Below, piece after piece: positions 54,561 to 64,000 of a DNA stretch of 64,000 bases (position 1 is the first letter of the stretch; each line of letters opens with the position of its first letter). Under the pieces are notes generated by a model. It ran no database searches, was not told the origin of the DNA, and was given only the letters and a program-made list of their open reading frames with translations. The stretch is from Bacteroidota bacterium. Lineage in GTDB: Bacteria; Bacteroidota; Ignavibacteria; Kapaibacteriales; UBA961. The translations under genes were made by a program, and so were the position numbers. Where the stretch lies: NCBI GenBank assembly GCA_049317525.1, contig JBMOIC010000013.1, positions 2,014-66,013 on the forward strand, written 5' to 3'.

Positions 54561-55490
54561 ATGAGCTATAGTCCCACAATTCCTACTACATTTGATATCT
54601 GCATTTTTGAAGATATTTCTCTTCAAGAAATTTCAGCATATATTGATTGGTCTCCCTTTTTTCTTTCTTGGGAATTAAAAGGAAAATATCCTGCAATTCT
54701 TCACGATGAGATATATGGCAAAGAAGCACAGCAATTATTTGATGATGCACAACAATTATTATCACAATTAATTGAATCCAAAAGACTTAAAGCTAATGGT
54801 ATATGCAGAATATTTCCTGTTAATTCAATTAATGATGATGATATAGAAATATATACAGATGACTCAAGAACATCTGTTTTAACAAAACTTCATTTTTTAA
54901 GACAACAGAATCAAAAAGCTAGTAATCAGCCTAATCTTTGTTTGGCTGATTTTATTGCTCCAAAACATTCCAATATCAATGATTATATGGGTGCTTTTGT
55001 TGTATCTGCTGGGCATCATTGCGATGAAATCTGTAAAGAATATGAATTAGCTCATGATGATTATTCATCCATTCTTGTTAAAGCAATAGCAGATAGACTT
55101 GCCGAAGCTGCTGCCGAATGGCTTCATGATAAAGTAAGAAAAGAACTTTGGGGTTATGATAATAATGAGCTAGATACACAGCAATTAATTGAAGAATCTT
55201 ATCAAGGTATAAGGCCAGCCCCAGGATATCCTGCATGTCCAGATCATACAGAAAAATCAACCTTGTTTTCTTTATTACAAGCTAGTGAACATACAGGTAT
55301 AACATTAACAGAAAGTTATGCAATGATGCCCGCAGCTTCTGTAAGTGGTTGGTATTTTGCACATCCGGCTGCAAAATATTTTACAATTGGCAAAATATCT
55401 AAAGAACAAGTGATAAGTTATGCTGAAAGAAAAAATATGAGTGTAGAAGAATGTGAAAAGTGGCTGGGGCCTGTTCTTGCTTATTCATAA
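54561..55490 (+). CDS. metH: Stand-alone MetH SAM-dependent activation domain
   Basis: YIDWSPFF, LRQQ, ADRLAEA, GIRPAPGYPACPDH, LTESYAMMPAASVSG. Confidence 0.93.
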   Translation: MSYSPTIPTTFDICIFEDISLQEISAYIDWSPFFLSWELKGKYPAILHDEIYGKEAQQLFDDAQQLLSQLIESKRLKANGICRIFPVNSINDDDIEIYTDDSRTSVLTKLHFLRQQNQKASNQPNLCLADFIAPKHSNINDYMGAFVVSAGHHCDEICKEYELAHDDYSSILVKAIADRLAEAAAEWLHDKVRKELWGYDNNELDTQQLIEESYQGIRPAPGYPACPDHTEKSTLFSLLQASEHTGITLTESYAMMPAASVSGWYFAHPAAKYFTIGKISKEQVISYAERKNMSVEECEKWLGPVLAYS

Positions 55491-55549
55491 TTCATATTTT
55501 TAAATATCCTGTTTGCCTTTTTTTTCTTTACTTAAGATGGATTATCATT

Positions 55550-57892
55550 ATGACATATAAACTTTTTATGTGGATTGTCTTTTTGATATTAATCATGCCA
55601 TGTACCACTTTGTATTCGCAACAATCTGCAATTAGTATTTCGGGGATTATTAGTGATTCTTTATCAGGAGAAACACTCATTGGGGCAACACTAACAATAA
55701 GTAAAGAAGATAATCCAAAAATAATCAGTGGAACATATTCTAATAAGTTTGGATTTTTTTCAATTCCAGCTGTCAAACCTGGCTCTTATATCATTTCATG
55801 TTCATCGATAGGATATAATACCAAATCACTTCCTTTAGAAATTAAAAAAAATAATGTGAGAATAGATATTTCTTTGACGAATAGAACAAGCAAAACCAAA
55901 GAAATTACCGTAACTGCACAAAAAGAGCAAGCCTCAATTCAATCGTTAAATACAGTTGAATTATCTAAAGATTTTCTCAAACAAATGCCTTCTATTGGAG
56001 GTGAAACCGACGTTTTTAGAGTATTACAATTAATGCCAGGAATTAAAAGTGCAAGCGAATTATCAAGCGGCTTATATGTAAGAGGTGGCTCTCCAGACCA
56101 AAATTTGATCCTGTTAGATGGTGTTATTGTATATAATCCTTCTCATTTGGGAGGATTCTTATCAACATTTAATAGTGATGCATTAAAAGATATTAGAATG
56201 ATAAAAGGGGGCTTTCCGGCAGAATATGGCGGGCGTTTATCAAGTGTTTTAGACCTAACCATGAAAGAGGGAACCAAAGAAAAAATTTCTGGTAGTGCAG
56301 GCATATCAATGATATCATCGCGATTATCTGTAGAAGGACCAATTAATGATGAATCTACATTTATGATTTCTGGTCGTAGAATGTATTTTGATGTATTAAC
56401 TTCACTGATTTCTAAAGAGTTAAGTGATAATACACCACAATATTATTTCTATGATATCAATGCAAAAATTAATTATAAACTAGGAATGAATGATAGATTA
56501 TTTGTCAGCGGATATTTTGGACGAGATGTATTATCAGAACCTAAACTTGCATCAAATGAAGGAACAACTTTTGGTTTAGATTGGGGAAATTCGACATTAA
56601 ATGCACGGTGGATGCATATATTTTCTCCTGCTGTATTCACCAATTTTAGCGCTATTTATACTGATTATAATTTCAGTACTAATTTTGGACAAAGATCCGG
56701 TAATGATACTAATTCTACACAATTTAATTTCTCAAGTCTTTCTAAAATTCGAGATTATATGTTTCGTGGAGAAGCCCAGTATTTTGCTTATGATAATCAT
56801 ACAATTAAATGTGGTTTTGAAGCCATTCATCATAAATTCACTGCGAATGCAACTGATTCAATTGATACAAGCCAAGGTGATCTATTATTAAGAGCAAATA
56901 CTCAACAAGCCTTAGAATTAGCATTATATGCTCAAGATGAATGGAAAATACAAGACAATTGGTTGATGAATGCTGGCGGTAGATTATATTATTTTCAAAA
57001 TGGTAATTATCTTCAATTTGAACCAAGGATAAGCACACAATACTTTTTGGCTGATAATCTTCATATTCATGCTTCTTATGCAAGGGCGCATCAATTTTTG
57101 CATTTAATTGTCCGCAATGATATTGCATTACCTACTGATTTATGGTTTCCATCTACAGAGAACATCAAACCATCGATGGCTGATCAAGTTACTTCTGGAA
57201 TCGAATATAGAACAGACGACAAAACATGGAAATTTACCATTGATGGATACTATAAAGAAATGTCTAATCTGTATGAATATAAGGATACAGCATCATTTAC
57301 TTTAGGTTTACCATTAGAACAGCAATTTACATCTGGTAATGGCACTTCATATGGAATGGAAGTATTCATAAATAAACAAATTGGCTCATTCACAGGATGG
57401 ATTGGATATACTTTATCATGGACAAACAGAACATTTGCCGAATTAAATAGAGGTAGAACATTTTTCCCTCGTTATGATCGTAGGCATGATATTTCTGTTG
57501 CATTAAGTTGGAAATTAGGCGCATCTTGGCAGCTAGGAGCTACGTGGGTTTATGGTACTGGGCAGGCATACACAATGCCTACAAGTAAATATGTAATTCC
57601 AGACTTCACAGGAAATAATGGCATAAGAACAGCATATGATTTCAGTGAAAGGAATGGTTATAGATTACCCTCTTTTCACAAATTAGATCTAAACTTTATT
57701 CATTTGTTCTCGTGGTTTGGCTTACCTATGCAGTTTTCTATAAATATTTATAATGCATATAATCGCTTAAATCCATTTGCACAGTATATAGCAGATGAGT
57801 ATGATCCTGCTACAAATACTAATAAAACAGTTGTGAAGCAAATAACTCTTTTCCCATTTATTCCTACTTTTGGATTAAGTGCAACTTTTTAA
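55550..57892 (+). CDS. TonB-dependent receptor
   Basis: SGETLIGA, GETDVFRVLQLMPG, VRGGSPDQN, GGRLSSV; terminal F; ATG at 55550 preferred. Confidence 0.9.
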   Translation: MTYKLFMWIVFLILIMPCTTLYSQQSAISISGIISDSLSGETLIGATLTISKEDNPKIISGTYSNKFGFFSIPAVKPGSYIISCSSIGYNTKSLPLEIKKNNVRIDISLTNRTSKTKEITVTAQKEQASIQSLNTVELSKDFLKQMPSIGGETDVFRVLQLMPGIKSASELSSGLYVRGGSPDQNLILLDGVIVYNPSHLGGFLSTFNSDALKDIRMIKGGFPAEYGGRLSSVLDLTMKEGTKEKISGSAGISMISSRLSVEGPINDESTFMISGRRMYFDVLTSLISKELSDNTPQYYFYDINAKINYKLGMNDRLFVSGYFGRDVLSEPKLASNEGTTFGLDWGNSTLNARWMHIFSPAVFTNFSAIYTDYNFSTNFGQRSGNDTNSTQFNFSSLSKIRDYMFRGEAQYFAYDNHTIKCGFEAIHHKFTANATDSIDTSQGDLLLRANTQQALELALYAQDEWKIQDNWLMNAGGRLYYFQNGNYLQFEPRISTQYFLADNLHIHASYARAHQFLHLIVRNDIALPTDLWFPSTENIKPSMADQVTSGIEYRTDDKTWKFTIDGYYKEMSNLYEYKDTASFTLGLPLEQQFTSGNGTSYGMEVFINKQIGSFTGWIGYTLSWTNRTFAELNRGRTFFPRYDRRHDISVALSWKLGASWQLGATWVYGTGQAYTMPTSKYVIPDFTGNNGIRTAYDFSERNGYRLPSFHKLDLNFIHLFSWFGLPMQFSINIYNAYNRLNPFAQYIADEYDPATNTNKTVVKQITLFPFIPTFGLSATF

Positions 57893-57903
57893 TTGAGTTA
57901 ATT

Positions 57904-58824
57904 ATGAATTATTCTATTCTATTGATATCTTTTTTTTCTATATCCATGTTTTTTCTGGGGGGATGCGAACAAACCGTCAATGTCGCTGAATTACCATTTG
58001 AAGAAAAGATTATGGTAGAAGGCATTCTTAAAGCAGATTCTATCATTGAAATTGTTTTTTCTAAAACAGTTCCAGTATTAGACACTCAGAATCTTTATAC
58101 AATTGATACTGTGAATAATAGAATCACTACTCTTCAAGGAACTATATCAATAGATGGAATTTCTTATCCATTAATTCATATTAATAATGGCAGATATAGA
58201 ATATTTGATGCTCAACAACAATCCATTAAAGGGATAATCGGATCTATATATATGTTGAATGCATCATGGAATGACAAAATTATCTATGCCCAAACACAGA
58301 TTCCAATTGCTAAGAAGCCTAATATTTTAAGCATTAACATTGATACAAGTCGTTCCTCTGTATATGGTTATCAAGATTATATCAAAGTTTTCATATCACT
58401 TTCTTATCATCCGGAAGATAAAGAAGCAACTGTACATACTATTAATACAATTTCTCCTTTTGATAAATCTTTTTATAATGAAATTGATACATTAAACTAT
58501 AAAGAATTTAATTATCCTCAATATTTCCCACCCTATTATTTTACTAAAAAAGAAATTCCCCATATTTCTTCTTTCTATGTATGGTTATATGCATCATCTA
58601 GCATCTCAATAGCTGATGTTTTATCGATGTATGCTGATTCGAAAATCATTACTAAACATTATGATAAAGCAATGAAAGAATATATCGATACTCAGTATTA
58701 TGGCGATAATCTGGGTGGAATTTTTGGCGGTGGAGGCACTGGCATACATTGGAATATCAAAGGACAAGGTTTAGGCTTATTCATTGGATATTCTGATAAT
58801 ATTTTACCACTGCCACTACAATAG
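57904..58824 (+). CDS. DUF4249-like lipoprotein partner of the TBDR
   Basis: Lipobox LGGC; MVEGIL; NIKGQGLGLFIGY; typical position after this receptor family. Confidence 0.7.
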   Translation: MNYSILLISFFSISMFFLGGCEQTVNVAELPFEEKIMVEGILKADSIIEIVFSKTVPVLDTQNLYTIDTVNNRITTLQGTISIDGISYPLIHINNGRYRIFDAQQQSIKGIIGSIYMLNASWNDKIIYAQTQIPIAKKPNILSINIDTSRSSVYGYQDYIKVFISLSYHPEDKEATVHTINTISPFDKSFYNEIDTLNYKEFNYPQYFPPYYFTKKEIPHISSFYVWLYASSSISIADVLSMYADSKIITKHYDKAMKEYIDTQYYGDNLGGIFGGGGTGIHWNIKGQGLGLFIGYSDNILPLPLQ

Positions 58825-58825
58825 A

Positions 58826-60325
58826 TTAAGTACGATATCTAATTCTATAAGATCTTGTTGGAGTTGCATTTGTGTCTGGTTCTAACACTACCAATGTCTC
58901 TATAGATGGCGTCCCAGGATACATATCTAAAGCTTGCACTAAAGTTGGAATATATCCTGCTCTTTTCCATTCTGCCATCGCTTTTACGATTTGATCGATT
59001 GCACAGAATATGTGAATCACTTTTACTGGCTTTCTTAAGGCAATTTCTGCTATAACTCCCTCGGCTGTCCCCTGCCTAGGAGGATCTATAATTATATATT
59101 CAGGCTTTCCAATTTGAGGTACTAATTGTTTAATTGAATCTTTTGTAATATATGTTTCTTTAAAATTCAAAGTCCCTATTTGATGACCTGCTTTTAATCT
59201 TCTTTGTACTAAACTTTTTGCAGATTCTATTCCAGATGCCGATGAATCTAATCCAAGACTATCGGAAAATACAGAACTCAATGTATGAGAAAAAAGTCCA
59301 TATCCACAATATAGATCGAGTAAGCGAGCATCTGATGGAATATCAGATAATAATTGCTGAATCCGTTTTACAACGATTCGAAGCATTGGTATATTAACTT
59401 GGGTTAGAATAAAAGGGCTTAGCTGAAATTTAATTTCTTCTATTTCTAATTTTAGCATGTCAAAACCAAAAAGCTTTTTAAGCTTCATTTGTCCTGGTGC
59501 TAAATCCTTATGATCTAAAAAATACTCTGAACGGTTTGGATCATGATACATCCATGCAGAAACTATATTAAAATCTGATTTTTGAAGCATTTCTGCGATT
59601 AATTTCAATTTTCTAACAATTTCACCATTAATTTCAAAAACATTAAAGATGATTGCTTTTTCACCAGTATCCCTAATAATGATAAAATTAAGTGCCTCGC
59701 TCAATTCTTTATAGGGACTTGTCGCTAGTTTTTCTGCAATTGCCAAATAAATGTCATAATGCATTTCTGGTTCAATTGACGATTGGGCAACTATAGCCAT
59801 TCCACGTTTAGGGAATTCTAGATGTTTTTGTTCACCAAAACCAAGGACGATAGAATGTCCACTAAAAAAAACTTTCCTGCGTGAATGTGCCCGATAATTT
59901 CTTGGCTCTGGAGCTGGTATCAAAGGCAATATTTCCCCATCTAAGTGCTTATCTGACCAGTACTTACTAAATTCTTTTAACTTTACCATTTGTTCGGTAA
60001 AATATGGATAATGCGCTAATGGTTCAAGGCCTTCATGACTTCCCTCTGTAGCATTTCTTTCAGGCAAACTCATCAATATACTTCGTGAAAATTTAGCTTC
60101 TTCACTATGAAAGCGGGTATTATCTATTGGTTTTTTTTGATAAAACGGTTTAAAACCAGAATCTTGATTATTCTGTGCATCTGGATATCTGTAGTCATCT
60201 TCTTCTTTTTTGATTTTGACTGGCTTTTTCTTTTTATCTTTTATGGCTTGATAAAATGGAACAATATCACTTGGCTTTCTTGGATTATTTCTTCCACCTA
60301 AGGTTCTGGGTTTTCTGCTTTTCAT
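58826..60325 (-). CDS. TrmA/RlmD-family RNA (uracil-5)-methyltransferase, divergent
   Basis: TQVN, LDLYCGYG, DPPRQG, IFC, DMYPGT..E. Confidence 0.8.
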   Translation of the reverse strand: MKSRKPRTLGGRNNPRKPSDIVPFYQAIKDKKKKPVKIKKEEDDYRYPDAQNNQDSGFKPFYQKKPIDNTRFHSEEAKFSRSILMSLPERNATEGSHEGLEPLAHYPYFTEQMVKLKEFSKYWSDKHLDGEILPLIPAPEPRNYRAHSRRKVFFSGHSIVLGFGEQKHLEFPKRGMAIVAQSSIEPEMHYDIYLAIAEKLATSPYKELSEALNFIIIRDTGEKAIIFNVFEINGEIVRKLKLIAEMLQKSDFNIVSAWMYHDPNRSEYFLDHKDLAPGQMKLKKLFGFDMLKLEIEEIKFQLSPFILTQVNIPMLRIVVKRIQQLLSDIPSDARLLDLYCGYGLFSHTLSSVFSDSLGLDSSASGIESAKSLVQRRLKAGHQIGTLNFKETYITKDSIKQLVPQIGKPEYIIIDPPRQGTAEGVIAEIALRKPVKVIHIFCAIDQIVKAMAEWKRAGYIPTLVQALDMYPGTPSIETLVVLEPDTNATPTRSYRIRYRT

Positions 60326-60359
60326 GTATAAGAAGTATTGTTAACGATGCACTATGATG

Positions 60360-60367
60360 CAAACTTA
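60360..60367 (-). promoter_or_regulatory. -7 promoter box upstream of the methyltransferase
   Basis: TAAGTTTG on the minus strand. Confidence 0.5.
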
Positions 60368-60556
60368 AGTATTTAACACGCTAATCTACATTTTTGAAAC
60401 AAGAAGAACTTTTTGATCTAGTTTTATGTAATAATCTAGTGATTAATCTTAACATTCATATCTGATAACATAGTGGAAAATCTTATTTTGTACATAGATA
60501 TTAGTGTAAGGCATATCCATACATCCCCTTTCTTTCTAAAAAGTTAAATACATTGT

Positions 60557-60976
60557 ATGGCAAAAAATAAAACTGTCGAAACCGAAATAGATATTGATCA
60601 ATTCTTAAATTCTCTTGCTGATAATGATCAAAAAAAGCAAGATTGTTTGCTTATCATAGAATTAATGAGTTCATACACAGGATGCAAGCCCAAAATGTGG
60701 GGAGCTTCTTTAATTGGATTTGGTTCTTATCATTATACATATCCAAGTGGACATACCGGCGATTGGTTTTTAATCGGTTTTTCACCTCGAAAATCTGCTA
60801 TCTCTTTATATGTGTATTCTCAAACAGATCAGAATGCAGTATTATTAGAACAATTAGGAAAATATACTGCAGGAAAAGGTTGTATTTATATCAAAAAAGT
60901 ATCAGATATCAATATAAATATTTTAGAAAATATCTGTCGTAATACAATTGCATTCCTAAAAGAATCATATACTTAA
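60557..60976 (+). CDS. DUF1801-domain protein
   Basis: PKMWG..IGFGSYHY, GFSPRK, LGKY..GKGCIYIK. Confidence 0.88.
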   Translation: MAKNKTVETEIDIDQFLNSLADNDQKKQDCLLIIELMSSYTGCKPKMWGASLIGFGSYHYTYPSGHTGDWFLIGFSPRKSAISLYVYSQTDQNAVLLEQLGKYTAGKGCIYIKKVSDININILENICRNTIAFLKESYT

Positions 60977-61040
60977 TTCATATCAATATTGATGAATACA
61001 TATTTTATAAGTCTTCTACTACTTTAATTATTTCTTTCTT

Positions 61041-61583
61041 ATGAATCGTTTATTTATTTCATTATTTATTATTTCCTTCTTCTTTGTAGATATTCCAGCT
61101 AAAGCAGGTATTTCACCTAAAGCTCTACAAAAAATTAAAGCAGATATAGAAAAGCAAATTCCAGCATTAAGGGAAAGTCTTATAAAAGAAGGACTAAACA
61201 AAGATCATATAGATTTTTCTTTAGATACATTTAGAATTGAACATATTACTGATAAACGTTTAGAGCTTGATAATTCTCCCATTGGCGTAAAAGCTACATT
61301 AAATGATATGATTTTTGATTATGATAAATTGATGAATAAATATTTCAATAAGCTTTTAAAATTATTGAGTGAAGATGATAAGATAAGTCTTACTACTGCT
61401 CAAAAAGCCTGGATTACTTATAGAAATACCGAAGAACAATTAATAAATACTTTATCTAAGCAACAATATTCTGGTGGTGGTGCCGAACAATCAATAATTT
61501 CAATTAGCATATATGCTGATTTAATTGAAAATCGAGCAATAACCATATTTGATTATTATAATGATATTGTTCAAGAAGAATAA
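61041..61583 (+). CDS. Lysozyme inhibitor LprI (DUF1311)-family protein
   Basis: Signal peptide; DKLMNKYFNKL...LTTAQKAWITYR. Confidence 0.75.
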   Translation: MNRLFISLFIISFFFVDIPAKAGISPKALQKIKADIEKQIPALRESLIKEGLNKDHIDFSLDTFRIEHITDKRLELDNSPIGVKATLNDMIFDYDKLMNKYFNKLLKLLSEDDKISLTTAQKAWITYRNTEEQLINTLSKQQYSGGGAEQSIISISIYADLIENRAITIFDYYNDIVQEE

Positions 61584-61814
61584 ATAGTAACTATATATAT
61601 ATTACTACTTATATACTTTTTAATAGTAATGTATTTACTATTTTGACTCTTAATATTGGCGCGCTAATTCATTGTTATTCCATGTATCTACATTGTCCTT
61701 TTTTTATTTGTTGTCATTAACTTAATGCATGTGATATTTAATCATTTAAATTTCTTAATATCAAAGTATAAATTCTGATTAGATGTTTTTGTCTTTAATT
61801 TTTTATCCTAAAAT

Positions 61815-62753
61815 ATGATCAAACAATTATCTCCTTTTTTTAATAAAACTTACACTAGTCTTCTCTCAGAACAAACAAAACATATTTTTGAGAAAATAAT
61901 ATTAACTATTGCGATTGCAAGTTTTTTTATTCACTTGATAATTATTTGGCTAGTGGATTTTGGCTTCATCAGTATTCAAGGAGCGCCCCTTCTTTTTACT
62001 AATACTATAAGCGCTATATATACGCCTTTTTCATTTATTTTAGTTTATGAAGTTTATCTGCTTATATATTATTTACCAAAGTCAATTACAACATATATCA
62101 GCAAACAGTATGAGATTATTTCATTAATTATTATAAGACGTCTCTTTAAAGACTTATCGGAGTTAACATTTTCTAATAATTGGTTTAATATTAAATATGA
62201 TTTGGAATTTACTTATGACTTAATAGCATCAGTTCTTCTTTTTTTTCTGATTTATCAGTTTTATGTTCAAAACAAAAAACGTTATCGAACTGAAGATATT
62301 AGTGCTAGCAAAGCAGAAAGCATATCTACATTTATAAAAATCAAAAAAATTATCGCTACTCTTTTAGTTCCTGCCCTTTTTATTGCTGCTATATATTCAT
62401 TTTTGCATTGGATTATGAGTGTACTTTCTCCAAGTGATATTCAATCTATATCTCTAAAAAATATAAATAATATATTCTTTGAGCAGTTTTTTTCTATGCT
62501 AATCATTGCTGATGTCATTCTATTACTATTTTCATTTTTTCACACCGATGAATTTCATAAAGTGATAAGAAATTCAGGATTTATCATATCCACAATCTTA
62601 ATAAGATTATCATTTGCGGCAACCGGATTGCTAAACACTGCATTAATTATTTCTGCGGTTGTATTTGGGCTTGTAATTTTAATAATACATAATCAATTTG
62701 AAAAGAAATTATCACTTCAGGAAAATCTTAACAGTCATGAATATGATGCTTGA
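61815..62753 (+). CDS. Multi-pass membrane hypothetical protein
   Basis: About eight hydrophobic segments; AIYTPFSFIL, QYEIISLIIIRR. Confidence 0.7.
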   Translation: MIKQLSPFFNKTYTSLLSEQTKHIFEKIILTIAIASFFIHLIIIWLVDFGFISIQGAPLLFTNTISAIYTPFSFILVYEVYLLIYYLPKSITTYISKQYEIISLIIIRRLFKDLSELTFSNNWFNIKYDLEFTYDLIASVLLFFLIYQFYVQNKKRYRTEDISASKAESISTFIKIKKIIATLLVPALFIAAIYSFLHWIMSVLSPSDIQSISLKNINNIFFEQFFSMLIIADVILLLFSFFHTDEFHKVIRNSGFIISTILIRLSFAATGLLNTALIISAVVFGLVILIIHNQFEKKLSLQENLNSHEYDA

Positions 62754-62839
62754 TTAATTCACAAAGTGCATTGTATTCAGTATGTTTTTTCCTATATCTA
62801 CAATACCAACTATTACATTATTTGTTTAATGATGTGTTC

Positions 62840-63571
62840 ATGAAAAATATTTTTGTTATTCATGCCCTTAAAGGATATGAATTTCATGCTGAAAGAATAA
62901 AGAAGTTATTTAGTCAATATAATCTAGATTTTGAGTTTATAACAGATGGTGACCCATCTTTAACAAATAAGGATATAATCAATTCTTATTTTGTTTCTAA
63001 TATTGACAAAGTGATGTCTATAGGTGTGCTTTCATGCACTTTGAATCATATATATGCATATAAGAGAATCATTGAACAAGGCCTTGATTATGCCATTATT
63101 TTTGAAAATGACCCTTTTTTTCTTGATGATTTTTCTAAAAATATTGCAATAATTGAACAAGAATTACAGCATATTCCTACCGGATTTATCATCTCTTTAG
63201 AAAACAGTACTTTGCGTTTTCCTTCTTTTTTCCAGACACAGAACAATCAAATTCTCTATAAAGCAAAATCAGGTAGAATGGCTGGGGCTTATCTGATAGA
63301 CAATGAAGGTGCAAAGAATATCTTAAACTATCTTGATACATATAAATGCAATAATGTCATAGACTTATGGCATAATACATTAATTGACAATAATATAATT
63401 ACAATGTATTGGGCGCATCCCGCTTTTGTAGAACAGGGCTCGCATAATGGCCTTTTACATTCTACAATTTCAAGCAAACCTAGTTCTATATTCAGACGTA
63501 TTTCTTGGTTAGCTCAAAAATTATATAAATATTACTTCAGACGTCTATTTACTGAACAAGATATTATATAA
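62840..63571 (+). CDS. Glycosyltransferase family 25
   Basis: IFVIH, SCTLNH, IIFEND, AYLI...GAK; start at ATG 62840. Confidence 0.82.
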   Translation: MKNIFVIHALKGYEFHAERIKKLFSQYNLDFEFITDGDPSLTNKDIINSYFVSNIDKVMSIGVLSCTLNHIYAYKRIIEQGLDYAIIFENDPFFLDDFSKNIAIIEQELQHIPTGFIISLENSTLRFPSFFQTQNNQILYKAKSGRMAGAYLIDNEGAKNILNYLDTYKCNNVIDLWHNTLIDNNIITMYWAHPAFVEQGSHNGLLHSTISSKPSSIFRRISWLAQKLYKYYFRRLFTEQDII

Positions 63572-63633
63572 ATAGATGTACTTATTATTAGAATGTGCTT
63601 TCCTCATTCCCTTTAGATTTACTGTGAGTTTAT

Positions 63634-64000
63634 ATGCTTTCACTGCGACTTCATTCAATTATTACATTCTTGTTGTTTTTTATCATAAGTATATGTCATG
63701 CAGATACATATTGGAATGGTTCTACATATTTTACTGAAATTAAGGGTGGTAATTCACAAAACTATCTTCAAAAAGCCAAATATGCGATGTACATACCTAA
63801 TAATGTAGAAACAATCAAAGGTATTCTGATTCATCAGCATGGTTGTGGAGCCGAAGGTTCGGGAGAACCAATTGTCACTGATGCTCAGTATCAAGCTTTC
63901 GCAAATGCTTGGAATATTGCTATTATTGCCCCAGATTTATATCCTATTCAAGGCAAAAATTGTTATGATTGGGTACAACCACAAGATGGCTCGGCACAAT
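63634..64000 (+). CDS. Partial secreted hypothetical protein (possible hydrolase), runs off the window edge
   Basis: Manual translation MLSLRLHSIITFLLFFIISICHADTYW...KGILIHQHGCG...; open to the window end. Confidence 0.7.
   Translation, partial: MLSLRLHSIITFLLFFIISICHADTYWNGSTYFTEIKGGNSQNYLQKAKYAMYIPNNVETIKGILIHQHGCGAEGSGEPIVTDAQYQAFANAWNIAIIAPDLYPIQGKNCYDWVQPQDGSAQ

Noticed and set aside
49720-54570. Transposon, intron or intein explanation for the metH interruption
   Set aside because: No transposase, maturase or homing nuclease, and no terminal repeats or target-site duplication; part 1 has a clean stop codon.
1649-60942. Many short ORFs in the track that overlap long genes (e.g. 1649..2140, 19437..19838, 44156..44611, 60643..60942)
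   Set aside because: They are antisense or off-frame shadows of well-supported genes and show no motifs.

Overview
AT-rich, gene-dense chromosomal window from an FCB-group bacterium. T9SS-type C-terminal domains, TAnnTTTG promoter boxes, an atpBEFHAG operon without atpDC and many lipoproteins point to a Bacteroidota-related lineage such as Kapabacteria or Ignavibacteria (inference). Housekeeping genes: an interrupted atp operon, panB, lipB, purD, cystathionine beta-synthase, crtZ, a split metH, a DEAD-box helicase, an RNA m5U-type methyltransferase and tRNA-Gly(GCC). The rest is mostly envelope or secreted proteins. I saw no CRISPR array, rRNA, transposase or integrase. Main leads: (1) a tightly coupled, cysteine-rich four-gene envelope operon (two barrels, a lipoprotein and a divergent PorE-like PD40/OmpA protein) directly upstream of tandem beta-propeller genes; (2) metH cut cleanly at its last linker, with a DEAD-box helicase and a large barrel gene between the halves; (3) an Rpn-like tail and a structured leader on that helicase; (4) an ECF sigma with a candidate dual-membrane anti-sigma; (5) two unrelated genes inside the atp operon. 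All family calls come from recognising motifs by eye, not from database searches.
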